Source: Eledone cirrhosa | Lineage: Eukaryota | Direction of reading: 5' to 3' | Length of the DNA stretch: 64,000 nt | NCBI GenBank assembly: GCA_964016885.1 | Contig: OZ024742.1 | Location: 135,098,001-135,162,000, forward strand | Part shown: positions 1-15,028 of the stretch, piece after piece | Numbering within the stretch: the stretch's first letter is position 1 | Layout: every line of letters begins with the position of its first letter | The notes under the pieces: generated by a model | What the model was told of the DNA's origin: nothing | Databases searched by the model: none | What the model saw: only the letters and a program-made list of their open reading frames with translations | Translations under genes and position numbers: made by a program

Positions 1-1
1 C

Positions 2-1239
<1,238 letters not shown>

Positions 1240-1308
1240 TAGACATACATAGATATATAATAAAAGAGAAAACACAGGTAAGTATTTAAAAAAGGGATTT
1301 TATCCAAG

Positions 1309-1409
1309 TATTTGCGATCGTTTCATTGGTAAGCGCAACCTTATATCGCTATACTGCAAATAGCAGCCAATCGATAATAACTGTTATTCACCTCCAAATT
1401 TTCAAAATA
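1309..1409 (-). ncRNA. Degenerate U3:A8 hammerhead with a long stem II in the pLTR
   Basis: Minus strand TATT-TTGAAAA-tTTGG..~70 nt..CCAAt-GAAA-CGATCG-CA-AATA. The other arm (about 5693-5796) has TA at the cleavage site but other lesions. Confidence 0.5.
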
Positions 1410-1869
1410 AGGAATAAGTTACTTGTAAAAGGTTTTAATATATGAAAAATTTTTTTTTGGGGAATCGTATTTACTAGTATATAGAGAGAGAGGACGGGGG
1501 AGAAGAGTTAGGAAGTACAGTGACAAACAATGATGGGGGAGGGTTAAACATGGTAGGATTCCTCGATCAGACTTGATGTCGTCAATTTACAGCGTAGGGA
1601 GTTAAAGAGAATTAAATCGTTTATAGTAGGTGGGAGAGAGAGATGGGGAGAGATAGAGGAATAAATATATATATAAAAAAAGGGGGAAGAGAAAAAAGAA
1701 AAGAAAAGAGAAAAAAAGAGAGAGAGGAGAAAAAATGAAAACGAAAAAAGAAAAAAAGGAATGAAGAGAGGGACATAAGTATTGGTTACTGTGGGTAATT
1801 AAAGGGGTTAGATTCAATAAGAGGGTAGAAAAACTAAGTATATGCTGTTTGTCAGGTGGTAGTAGCAGA

Positions 1870-2345
1870 TTAAGGGTTCGATTTGCATTTGTAGTGCGAA
1901 CATTTTTCTTTAAGTCTATGGTTGCAATAAATTGATCTTTCGATTTTATTGTTGAGTAACTTATTCTTCAAACTCAAAATGTGGAACAGTTGAAGGTCAC
2001 ATAACCGACAGCTCCTCATACCACTCCCATACTTCAGGGTGTATTGATAGTTACTTTCTCCCAGTTGCCAGGTCTTGTTCGCAAGGGTAGTTACATAACG
2101 ATACTGGGAATGTTTCATTGCGTAACGATATGTATACCAACGAGCTTTAAATGTATTCCCAGTCGCTCCGATGTAATACCACTTCTGTTTGTCTGATTCG
2201 ACCGTGCATTGGTAAACCAGGTTAGACTGCATACATTCATTATGCAATGGAGACGTTTCAGTTAGGTGGCAATTACAATGTTTGTCATGGGCAACGTTGG
2301 CATTATTGGTGGGCTGCGATACCTGTAAAAGTGTGTTCCGTTTTG
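1870..2345 (-). pseudogene. Inverted duplicate of the PLE GIY-YIG domain
   Basis: ORF 1870-2352 reads CNCHLTETSPLHNECMQSNLVYQC...WYYIGATGNTFKARW...CRLC...YCNH, near-identical to 4700-5151. Confidence 0.9.
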
Positions 2346-2346
2346 T

Positions 2347-5151
2347 TTGCATTACATAAGTATGTCCCTAAAAAACATTCCTATTTCTCCGAGAAAGAAT
2401 TATATCCTCGGGATGATACAACTAGCAAACGACTTTATACGTCGGGTTAGATGGAAAACTTTCCATTTCGACAATGGACGTAACGGTCGCACCGTTGAAT
2501 GCGACAAGGTAACATACGGCTTCAAATCATGTAAGAACCCACCTACCAACCCTCAACTGGATGCCTTTGAACAGGACTTACTGAAGATGATTATGGATGT
2601 CAAATTCAAAAAGCAGAGGAATAATAACCTCCAGAATGACATAAATACATTCATAAAAAAGCTGCGAACTACCAGTGGAATTATTATCAAAGCGGACAAA
2701 ACCTCAAATGTGTATACGATGGATATTACTACATACAATAGCTTCATACGGAAGGAATTACATAGGAAATACAGAATGATAAACATCAACAACGAGGCCC
2801 AATATAGTCAAACACCTAGGAATAGAGGATAGCACAGAGCCACTTAGGCCATGTACCACCACATTTAATATCAAGGACCATAAGGTAAATTTTGATTATA
2901 ACCCCACAATTAAACTTATATGCCCGTCCAAATCAGACATTGGGAAAATTAGTAAACATATATTAGACAGTGTAATAGCACAAATGAAGATTAAACTAGT
3001 GATTAAACTATGGGGTAACACTACCGAAACAAGTAAATGGTTTAACAGTATAGCTAACAAAAAAGCATCTAAGTTTATACAATTTGACATTAACGACTAT
3101 TACTCCTCTATATCAGCCAATACCTTGGATAAACCCTTAGCATTCGCCAAAGCCAACTCAGATCTGACAGACGACGAGATAAAAATGATATTAGCTGCTA
3201 TGAAAACAATAATTAAATTTGAAAACGCCTATTGTGAAGGTAAAGATAGATAAGATAACTTTGACATCACGATGGGGGCTAATGACTCGGCTCAGGTCAC
3301 GGATATAGTAGTTATTTACATAGCCCATAGTTTACATAAGGAATTTAGGGACTTTCACGGTGGAATCTACAGAGACGACGCCCTTCTTCTAGTTAAGAAC
3401 CTAAATAACCAGAGCATAGAAAGACTGCGCAAGAATATTAGAAAGACGCTCAGCAAACTAGGCCTTAGCATAACGTATGAATATAGCACTAAAATAGTTA
3501 TCTTTCTAGACGCGACGCTTAACCTAAATACAGGACTTATAAGACCTTCTCACAAGAATAATGAAAACTTAGCATACATCAACTGTAATTCGAACCACCC
3601 ACTCTCCATAATTAAGTCCGTTCCACGCAGCATATCCCTTAGGATCTCCCGCCTCTCGTCTAATCGACAATTTTTCGAGGAACACGCGGAGTACTACAAT
3701 ACCGCAGTAGATAAGGCAGGCCACTTAGATAGAGTAGAATATATAGAGGAAAGCCTCCGCAAAGCACACAAAAATAGGCATAACACAAACTCCAGAAACA
3801 CACGCACACACGCATTTACGCACAGAACTACCAATTATACTGAAAATAGAAATAAAACATCAAAATCTAACAGGTTACGCAGTAGAAAATATATTTGGTA
3901 TAACCCTATATGTAACACCTCTATTGGTACCAACCTACCCTCTACCTTCTTTAGAATAATAAATAAGCACTTTCCAGATTCACATAGATACAGCAAAATC
4001 CTTAACACTAAATCTATCAGACAATCTTACTCCACTACACCAAACATAGAGGCACGCATTAAGACGCTTAACGCTAAAAAGATACGTAACAACACCGTTG
4101 GAATAGCCGAGCAATTTATTTGTTGCTTGGGTTTATTTTGATGCCTGTTGAACGGGCGAAGCTGCGCGCTGGTGCCGAATAGATCTGCGGAATGTGGGTA
4201 AAAATGTGGTTCTCATGTCAACTGTATAGAGCTGACAGCAAGCAGAAACTCATTGACCAACTAATTAAGGCCAAGTGTGAAAAGGCTACAAACACCGTCA
4301 GAAAATGTTGGTCTAATGAAGAAGCTCCAATTGTGAGGCAACGCTCGAAAATTTGCGTTGAGCGAGCTGTAAAAGTTGTGCAGGACCTATTGCCATTTTG
4401 TAAAAGTAGTAGAACCTTAGAGATTAAATTTTGTTTAACTAATAATTAAAATAATTTTTTTATTGTCATAATTTATTGTTTTAGGAATTTATTTCATGGG
4501 ACTGGCTAATTACCAAAAAATTAAAAATATAATTTAGTATGTGCAAGAATTTATTTCAAAATTTACAAAAAAACTACTGTAATTCTTTCTTTATGACAAA
4601 CACCTCATTAGAAAATAGCATGCTCATATGGGATTGTAAAAAAAGTAATATGCCTAGAAACACACTTGTACAGGCATCGCTGGCACCAATAATGCCAAAG
4701 TTGCCTATGATAAAATTTGTAATTGCCACCTAACTGAAACCTGTCCATTGCATAATGAATGCATGCAGTCTAACCTGGTTTACCAATGCACGGTCGAATC
4801 AGAGAAACGGAAGTGGTATTACATCGGAACGACTGGGAATATATTTAAAGCTCGTTGGTATATACATCGTTACGCAATGAAAAATTCCCAGCATCGTTAT
4901 GTAACTACCATTGCGAACAAGACCTGGCAACTGAGGGAAAGTAACCATCAATACACCCTGAAGTGGAAGAAATTATCGAACGAGCCTGCATATCGGAGTG
5001 GTATGAGAAGCTGTCGGTTAGTGACCTTCAACTGTTCCACCTTTTGAGTTCGAAGAATGAGTTACTCAACAATAAAATCGAAAGATCAATTTATTGCAAC
5101 CATAGACTTAAAGAAAAATGTTCGGACTACAAGTGCAAATCGAACAATTAA
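2347..5151 (+). pseudogene. Frameshifted PLE RT + GIY-YIG polyprotein
   Basis: KADKTSNVY, KDHK, FIQFDINDYYSSI, MGANDSAQVTDIV, GGIYRDDALL, FLDATLNL, SNHP, RKYIWYNP, CNCHLTETCPLHNEC, LVYQC...WYYIG, spread over ORFs 2347-2832, 2984-3253, 3272-4141, 4748-5047 and 4963-5151. Confidence 0.9.
4097..4604 (+). mobile_element. Approximately 0.5-kb foreign insertion in the PLE ORF, carrying a possible DNA-transposase C-terminal fragment
   Basis: AACACC direct repeat at 4091-4096 and 4599-4604. Removing the insert rejoins KIRNNT to SLENSM in frame. ORF 4192-4449 contains SKICVERAVKVVQDL. Confidence 0.5.
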
Positions 5152-5394
5152 CCTCCTACTACCACCGGACTAACTGCATATACTTAGTCTTTCTACCCTC
5201 TTATTGAATTTAACCCCTTTAATTACCCACAGTAACCAATACTTATGTCCCTCTCTCCTCCTGTATTCCTTTTTTTCTTTTTTCGCTTTCTTCTTTTCTT
5301 CTCTCTCTTTTATTTTGTTCTCTTTTGTTCTTCTTTTTTCTATTCCCCCTTTTTCATATATATATTTATCCCTCTATCTCTCCCAATCTCTCTT

Positions 5395-5468
<74 letters not shown>

Positions 5469-5974
5469 ACTATAAACAATTTAATTCTCTTTATATCCCT
5501 ACACTGTAAATTGACGACATCAAGTCTACGTATCTAAACTGATCGAGGAATCTTTCCATCCCCTTCCCTCCATCACCGTTTGTCCCTCTACTTCCTAACT
5601 CTTCTCCCCTTCCTCTCTCTCTATACTAGTAAATACGATTTAAAAAAAATGTTTTTTGATATATTAAGAACCTTTTACAAGTAATTTATTCAATATTTTC
5701 AAAAATGTGGAGGTGAATAACAGTTATTATCGATTGGCTGCTATTTACAGTGTAGCGATATAAGGTTGCGCTTACCAATAAAACGGTTGTAAATACCTAG
5801 ATAAAATCCCTGTTTTAATGCTTACCTGTGTTTTCTCTTTTATTGTTTATACTCCAAGATTGAACGGGATTTACTAACCAGATTCTTGCAAACTTGAGGA
5901 GTTACCCCTAACCACGAGCTAGATTACAATAAGCAATGTTCTGCTTTCCTAACTATATATATATGTATGTGTAA

Positions 5975-6005
<31 letters not shown>

Positions 6006-6017
6006 AATATATATATA

Positions 6018-6071
<54 letters not shown>

Positions 6072-6152
6072 AATATATATAAATATATATAAATATATAT
6101 AAATATATATATAAATATATATAAATATATATAAAAATATATATATAAATAT

Positions 6153-6201
<49 letters not shown>

Positions 6202-7044
6202 TATAAATGTATATAAATATATATATAAATATATATATATATATAAATATAATATATATATATATATGAACAACTCGATAATTATAAGTTACCTCCCCTA
6301 CATGGTCTCTCAATTAAAAAAAAAATTAAAAATTAGCACTTAACTATAAACACACACAATTTCTAATCTCTCGAGAAGTTACTTCTCCTGAACCCCCCCC
6401 CCCCCTAATTAGGAAGGTAAATATGCCCTTTGGCAGCCATCTTGTTACCCATAGGAAGATCTCACACAATGCAGCCTCGACAGATGAATACTGCTTGATT
6501 ATGGCTGACAACTGATGCAATCAAGACACCATAGTAAAAACCAATATATGGAACATTATATTATGTTACATTATCTCATTATTTTAATCTATTTTCCTTT
6601 GAAGTTCCGATGAGCCGCTCTATATTTTAAATATGTTAATTATTTTCAACTGAACCAGATCAATTATGATATATAGTCATCTGATCCAGAAATATCATAT
6701 GGATTAGCGAAACAATTGTAAACGGACATTATTATTATTATTATTATTAATATTATTAATATTATTCTTTACATTCCTTACATCAAAATAAAGTATGTTG
6801 AAAATCTTTTAATAATCTCTTCCTTGTGAGATTTGTGGTCTTGTTGTGCTTAACTAACGAATATTTCCAGCTCTGCGCACCTAGCGTCTGCATGAACCCA
6901 GCCACCTAGCTGCTTTCTACTGCATATTGCACATTGAGCACATGCCTTAACGCTTTGGCTTCTAACTAATTCACCAATCTCTCCTCTCATATCTACTCTC
7001 CCATCTCCATCTCTCTCTTTAAGATTAGTTACTCTTGAACTGTG

Positions 7045-7080
<36 letters not shown>

Positions 7081-7221
7081 ATCCGAAACAATGTTTGTAG
7101 AACTTTTATTTTAAACCATGCAGAGCAGATTTCCTCAATAGTTCTGAAAACAGCAGATTTCCTCCAAAGAAAGAGTGAGAGAGTGAGATAAAGAAGGTGA
7201 GAAAGTGATATGGAGGAAATA

Positions 7222-7370
7222 TCGACCCGGTATTAGACTAGCACTTACTATTGAAGTGAATTAATGAAAAGTTGATGGTATTTGAACTCAGAGAGCAGAT
7301 AGCGAAACGGATAATGTAAGGCATTCCTACTGACGTTCGAACGACTCTACCAATCCCAACTCGCTGCCCT
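7222..7370 (-). mobile_element. Old degenerate tRNA-derived SINE copy
   Basis: Minus strand GGGCAGCGAGTTGGGATTGGTAGAGTCG...GAGTTCAAATACC (B-box-like), similar to the SINE at 56729. Confidence 0.5.
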
Positions 7371-7405
7371 TATATCTTATATTTACATACTATACACACA
7401 CACAT

Positions 7406-7446
<41 letters not shown>

Positions 7447-7482
7447 CGCACACACACGCGCACACACACACGCGCGCGCATG

Positions 7483-7537
<55 letters not shown>

Positions 7538-7665
7538 TATAAGGATAAGGAACAAGGATTCAGTGGTGCATCATAACATACTTAATAACATAATACATAT
7601 CTTTCACTATCGATGAGCTTTACATATCTTTCACTATCGATGAGTCTTGAAGATGACACGAGTTT

Positions 7666-8365
7666 TCTGCCCACTAGATCAACATTGCAACACTCCACCG
7701 GTGATATATCAAGCAGGCGTTACCTCCACTAACCAGAACTAACAATCTGAAGCCTGGACGTATGTCGGAATGTCCAAGAGCTGATTTAAAGGCTGGCACC
7801 TCTACCAGGAAAGAACCTTAAGACATTTCGACAAACAAAACATACTACCCAGCTCGCAAACCATGTGTTGAACCTTAAAGCTAAGGGCACACCTTTAACC
7901 ATTAAATGGAGTATATAAAAAAAACTCTATACTTATGTGAATGGGATAAATTTTGCCGGTTATGTAACTCATAAAAGTGGTATATACTTTCAGAAATGGC
8001 TTCAGAGAAATACTACTTAAATACTCGCTTTGGTTGTTTTAGTCACTGTCCACACGAAGGGAAATGAATTCTTAGGATATGGTAGAGACCAGACTAACTA
8101 ATTCTAATTTCAAGGAATATAATATCTTTGAATTATCAAATTTCAACAAGTTCCCAACATTTGTAGGATTTTGATAGTTACTTCCATTTACACAATCAAA
8201 ACGTCTTGTTTAGTGATGGCTAAATTCAAAATGTCATGCCCTTGAAGAACTCTCGCGTTTTTCTAGATCAAACATTTTCTTTATATATAACAGGCTGAAT
8301 TATTCATGGTGTACAACCCAACGAAACATAAGTACCTGTGTATGACACTGTTGTAACTAATTATA
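7666..8365 (+). mobile_element. Decayed PLE GIY-YIG 3' fragment with pLTR tail
   Basis: Manual translation CPLDQHC..PVIYQAGV...WTYVGMS..FK...TTQLANHVLNLK...IKWSI...CRLC...LNTR...HCPH, with stops. Eroded hammerhead CAGG-CTGA...GAAACATAAGTA-CCTG at 8291-8338. Confidence 0.75.
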
Positions 8366-8416
8366 TAAATAAATAAATAAATAAATAAATATGTATATAT
8401 GTATATATATATATCT

Positions 8417-8516
8417 ATTTATTAAAATAACAGATTAAAGTTTAAACAAAGAATCGCTGCTTTCACCCTTAACGGGATCTTCTGAAACTAACAAAGTCAA
8501 TCTGTGAACGCAGAAG

Positions 8517-8520
<4 letters not shown>
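8417..8520 (-). mobile_element. Short pLTR fragment, family J, with a CAGAAGA-core hammerhead at 8439-8489
   Basis: Matches 23665-23765 and 29030-29123. Flanked by (TA)n on both sides. Confidence 0.75.
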
Positions 8521-8564
<44 letters not shown>

Positions 8565-8654
8565 AAACTAACAAAACAAATCAGATACACACAGATAGAA
8601 CAAACAACCAACTAGTGACACTTGGTTAAACACATATATACATAAATATATATA

Positions 8655-9007
<353 letters not shown>

Positions 9008-9690
9008 CGTGCGTGTGTGTGGGTGTGTGTGTGTGTGTGTGTGTGTGTATCGGCACACACATATACCCACTCATGCAAACTTATAGATAGAGAGAAGGTG
9101 ATATATGTAAATATACTCATATGCCTACATCCTAGTTTCTTTTAATCAAACCTCTCACTCGATCATATGTTTATTCAAGAAAGATAATTAATTACGTATC
9201 ACTATATTCAGAGAAGAATGCTTTTTTTTCCCCTGAAGATATGTTCACGACCTATTGCTAATGATCACAATGAAACACGATATATTGGCACAGAAAACTG
9301 TTCTACAACAAAGACTGTTATATATAATTTAATGTAACTCTTATCACACTTATAACATTGTAAGAATTGAGTTAAACCAAATTATTTCGTATTGATGTAA
9401 ATAGAAATGAAATATATAGTAGACAATATTGAAATCTGTATCAGTTGTTTTTATACATTTATTCATTAATGTATTTATCTAAAGTGACTCGACCAGCTGA
9501 TGTGTGTTTTTAATCGTGTAATTAAACGTAGATTACACAATAAACATTCGATATATCTTTTGTTAAAATAATCAAGACTGAATTTATATCCTACGTGATC
9601 GCAAAAAGGTGCTAAACATATACAGACGTACACGCACTAATACCCTCGCTCACACATACATGCACACGCGCATCTCTCTATCTATCTTAC

Positions 9691-9819
<129 letters not shown>

Positions 9820-9940
9820 AAGAGGGTGTGGTAAGATGCCAGGTGGACCATAACGCACCAGAGTACTCAATACTAAGAGTAGTTGAGTGGGTAATAAGAA
9901 AGGAGTGAGGACTCCAACGGCTGAGCTCCAGGCGTTTCGA
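9820..9940 (-). mobile_element. Family A single-arm copy
   Basis: Diverged reverse complement of 8723-8846, bounded by (TA)n. Confidence 0.75.
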
Positions 9941-10715
9941 ATATATATACATTCTTCAATGTATCTTCTTGAAAGCGTGAAAGTTGGGCTTCTTCGTATA
10001 TATCTCTATGTGTTTCTTCGACTTGCTAGAAAATGCACCCAAATCAACAAGACACATTTTACTCTCTTTAGACACATGCTTACCTAGAAATACAAGTTCC
10101 CTTGTCCTGAAACCCACAAAGCAGACACAGTGCTACAATGACCATGGCCAGTTGCATCTATCAATACATCGTTCTAAATTGTATTGACGGGTTTCAAGTC
10201 CCTGCTGATTGTCTGCCGCCAGTTCATCATGGGACGTCTCCTTCACCTCTTTCAAGGAGTGTATAAATACAGGACATCGCACTTGAGAGACCTGTGACGT
10301 GTCCCAACCAGCCAGGTGAACGCTGGCATATAATGTTAGACACCCGTTGTTGGTGCCTTCGTTGACAGACTTCTTTATTGGTGATGAAGTCATACCATCA
10401 GTAAACACGCAATGCTCGATAACATTAACATGCTAATGACTAATGCACATATGAGTATATGTCTGCTCAGAAAGACCTAATCTGAACTGAAGGTAAAGCA
10501 ACACAATAACAACAACATAGACGACGAAAACGAAGAAGTGTACGCAAACAACAAGTGCAACCGTATCAATGTGACACGTTGAATAACAGACAGAATGTTG
10601 TAGAGAGATTAGTGCACACTACTCGTCTCAATGTAATATTTTGAAGGGCATAAACAATGTTCTTACTTAACAATCTACATGTTTATATTGCAGTTGTTGT
10701 TGCTGTTCGTTTTCC

Positions 10716-10770
<55 letters not shown>

Positions 10771-12115
10771 ATAGTTTTTAACACCGAATTGAGCATAAAT
10801 CGATTTCCGTTCAAAATCATTCCAGTCATGAAAATAGATTTCTCTTTTCGTCACAGATTACATTTTCCAATGGGTTCACCTAAATAGTGTGTGATTTGGG
10901 GGATTTCGGCTACAATTTCTAGATAATCGAGCGACCACCAGCTGGTTGCCATTTTGGCTAAATGCTCTTTGTTTCCTGGAGCTTTTGAGGCTCAATTACA
11001 TGAGGAATATTGTCAATTGACCGGACAACGTACACACGATCCTCTCAGGGTATATGAAATATAAATGTCAACACTATTCTCATCTTACTATATCTGACTG
11101 TGTGTCGTTCTCACAGCTATTCCTATACATGTAATTAATCAGCCTTGTTTCTTTCTATATTTAAAAAAGTCATTTTTTGTGTCTCTTGTACATATTTCTT
11201 TTCAATCCAGCTGTTAGTATAGTATTACTCAAGCTGGGATCGCTTACCTACAATTTCTGGTGACCTGCAATACACTGCTAGTATGATGTCCAAGAATCCA
11301 CCCCAAATTTCGTTGTTTTTGCAATTACTTTTTAATGGAGACATTTTTGAGTGACTAAAATATTTAATTCTTGAGGTCAAGCGTTCGATCTAAGTTGCAA
11401 TTTTGAGTGTTTTTATCATAGCCACAGGTCAGCGCAAACATTGTGAGTGAGATTGTGTACACGGGGACTGTATCAGAGTTCTTTAGATGTATTGTACCAG
11501 TACTTCAAAGGCCTTACATTTTTCACTTGATTTGTCACTTTCATTACGCTGTCGGGTTCATGTTACGCGTATACTTATAACACTGAACATAAATTCACGA
11601 ATTGGATGGTCAACGTGTTAGTGGCAGCGCCATCTTACGCATAGGGTTTAGTCTACTGAAGGACTACGGTGCGTCTATTCCATCTTTATCCCCTTACACA
11701 TACCTACTACAGCAAGGCCGGACCTGAAATCATTCACGTCAATTAACTCACGCTACCTCATGAATTGTGTTTATGTTGCCGTTTATTTCACTCAATCATG
11801 TCATTGTACACCCATTTTGTTAAACTTTTTTTTACAATTACATTTCAATTCTTTGCTCAACCTTTAGCTCTCTTTATACGGACAAACAGGCTGTCATTCA
11901 TTTCCCGAGGAACGCCGGGTACATCTGCTAGTATAATATATTTGTTTGTTTATACGTACCGGCGAGACAACAAGAGAAAAAGAGAGAGAGGGGGAGGAGG
12001 GAAGGAGTATATGTGCATGATGGCGTGAGGGAATTTAGAAAGGAAAGCATATGTGTGATATATATATATATATATATATATACGTGTGTGTATCTATATC
12101 TATCTATCTACCTAT

Positions 12116-12163
<48 letters not shown>

Positions 12164-12173
12164 AGAGAGAGAC

Positions 12174-12265
<92 letters not shown>

Positions 12266-13592
12266 AGAGAAAGAAAGACATACAACAAAAGTTTATATTT
12301 GCATGTTTATCTAGCTGAGACCACAAACGAGTGAGAATGCGTAGAATAGTATACGAAATTCTGAAAATGAGTGAAATTTTTCATGAATGAGTGATGTGAG
12401 GCTAAGGTATAAAGACATATGATAAGCGAGATAATAGAAGTTTGTGTTTGAATCTCTCTGTGTGTTAAGGGAGGAGTTTAGAAAAATTGTACAAGATAAA
12501 GAAAACGATTTGAGACTATAACAATGAATGTTGATCAATTCTCAATCGGTTTTGATGCTGAGTATTTTCTCGATCGATCACCAAACCTGTGAATCACAAC
12601 TTGCTGTATAAATGGTTGCGTATTCCACAGACATTATTCGCAGATAATGTATCAGATTTGCAATTATTTGATCTCATCTTCAGTCCCAATGTGCAGAAAC
12701 TTGGGCAAATATCTTTCAATATAGTATCAGTTTGGTCAATATCATGTGAGAGATAGACAGAAACGGCATGGATGCTCGTCACATTTATATGTTATATACA
12801 TTTATATATAGGTAGGCGTATGTATGTATGTTTAACTGTGTATGAATCGGCGTCTCAATTATTTTGTATTCCCCATGACATAGTGGCTAGACAAAATGAA
12901 ATGAAGCAAGTAAGTACCAGCTTCGAAAAATATTTACTGGTGTTGATATGATCCACGAAACTCATTCAAGTTTCTAGCCTACCATGGTCTTAGTCTAGTG
13001 ACTGAGACTAAAAAAGGGTGAGTAGTTTAACCAATTATCGGGTGAAACCAATGTAATAAAATATGATAAAGCAGGACATATGAATTACAGGGATAATTCA
13101 TCCGGCCAGCTTCCATAATGTTTCCGTCTATCCAACAGCATTCACGTTATTTGAATTGACACAAAGCGCTGGTATTAACACATGCCCCAAATGCCAGTCA
13201 GTGAGATCGAACACGGGGCATCAGGAATTCCGTAGGTACTCAGCAGGGAATAACGTATGAGCTAAATGCTAGCCATCTCCCGGCTATAGGATCAGGGAGA
13301 AGGATTTTTATTTGGTAAAACAAGTTAGGAAGAATTTCTGAGAATCCAGTTTTACGCTTTTAATGTTAATTAAACAACGGCTAAGCTAGTTCAACAAACT
13401 AGACAGATTTAGTCAGTCGTCTTACTATAGTAATTGTTTAATTGATATCTTTGTTGAGCCGTGAACTTACCGAGCATAAAAAAGTAACAAAGGTAAATGA
13501 AGAGACACACATAGACACACTGACTGACACACGCCTGCTCATACTCACACATCTCTCCTCTCTCTCTCTCTCTATTTCTCTCTCTCTCTCTC

Positions 13593-13629
<37 letters not shown>

Positions 13630-13794
13630 TTGTATGTATTTGCGAGTGTGTGTGTATGTGCCTGTGTGCGCGCATGTGTGTATGTGTGTGTGTGTGTGTG
13701 TGTATTCACAGATATGATTGATGGAATAGTGAAATACGACGAAAGCATGGGAAAAAATACAAAAGACCTAGAATGATAGAGAGCGTAAATGAGT

Positions 13795-13838
<44 letters not shown>

Positions 13839-14186
13839 AAGGGAAAGAGATCGAGGTGCTGTATGAAAAAGGAAGTGAGAGGAATAGAACGTGAATTATG
13901 AAAATCTCTAGAAATATGATAGATGAAATTCGGTGTTAGAGAAAGATATATGAGGCGAGGGATAAAAATATGGAGAAGCGCGATATTTGAGAACAAAGGA
14001 TACGGTCGTTAAAGGCCTGGTTGATAGAATGGTGTAATGAAAATTCCTAAAGAGGAGGAGACTGTGTATGATAAAAAAAAAGGTGGGAGAGAGAGAGGGA
14101 GAAAGAAAGAAAGAAAGTGAGAGACGTAGGAGAAAATACGTATGCATATATTAGCGCATGTATATATATATATATACGTATATATA

Positions 14187-14236
<50 letters not shown>

Positions 14237-14793
14237 CTCATATATACATACATATATAAATATATAAATGCATACATACATAAATATATACATACACACA
14301 TACATACCCATATACATACATTCACACAACATACATACATAACTGCTTACAAACATGCATACATACTCCCGAGTAATTATTGCAAAATAAAAATATGCAA
14401 GATAAAAATATGATATACGAATCACTAGTGAAAAGAAGATAAATTATCAAAAATAAAACAAAGTAGACATAAAAATAAAAATATTAAAACATTAGTAAGA
14501 AGAACGCTAGAAAAAGTAAAGGAAAAAAAAAATGGTTCAGAGATAGAGAGTGGCGAGAGACATGGAGAAAGGACGAGAAGTGAGTAGAAGGAGCAAATAA
14601 AAAGTGATGTATGTCAAAGAAGTTTCCCTCCCGTCAATGTCTCCAGTGGTTAATATTACCTAAAGATTCACGACACCGGAACCATTTACTCAACCCATTG
14701 TTATGCCAAACCCCGTCACCTCTGCTTTCGACCGGAACAGTCAGCCGCACCCCCTCACATATCACATGAAATACACACACAAATACACAAACA

Positions 14794-14946
<153 letters not shown>

Positions 14947-14978
14947 AGAGAGAGAGATACATAGATAGAGATAGAGAT

Positions 14979-15028
<50 letters not shown>

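Larger units (their letters stand above)
1253..5953 (+). mobile_element. Near-full-length Penelope-like element (Hydra-clade-like) with a 1.1-kb inverted copy of its 3' end at the 5' side
   Basis: 1253-2345 is the reverse complement of about 4655-5850. The plus-strand body carries RT and EN. Both ends abut (TA)n. Only the right arm carries the extra tail 5850-5953. Confidence 0.9.

Noticed and set aside
9230-9290. CTGAAGA...GAAAC as a hammerhead
   Set aside because: Stems are too eroded to support; possibly an old copy.
10133-10408. 91-aa non-repetitive minus-strand ORF as a host exon
   Set aside because: No recognisable domain or convincing splice sites; it would need RNA-seq or BLAST support.
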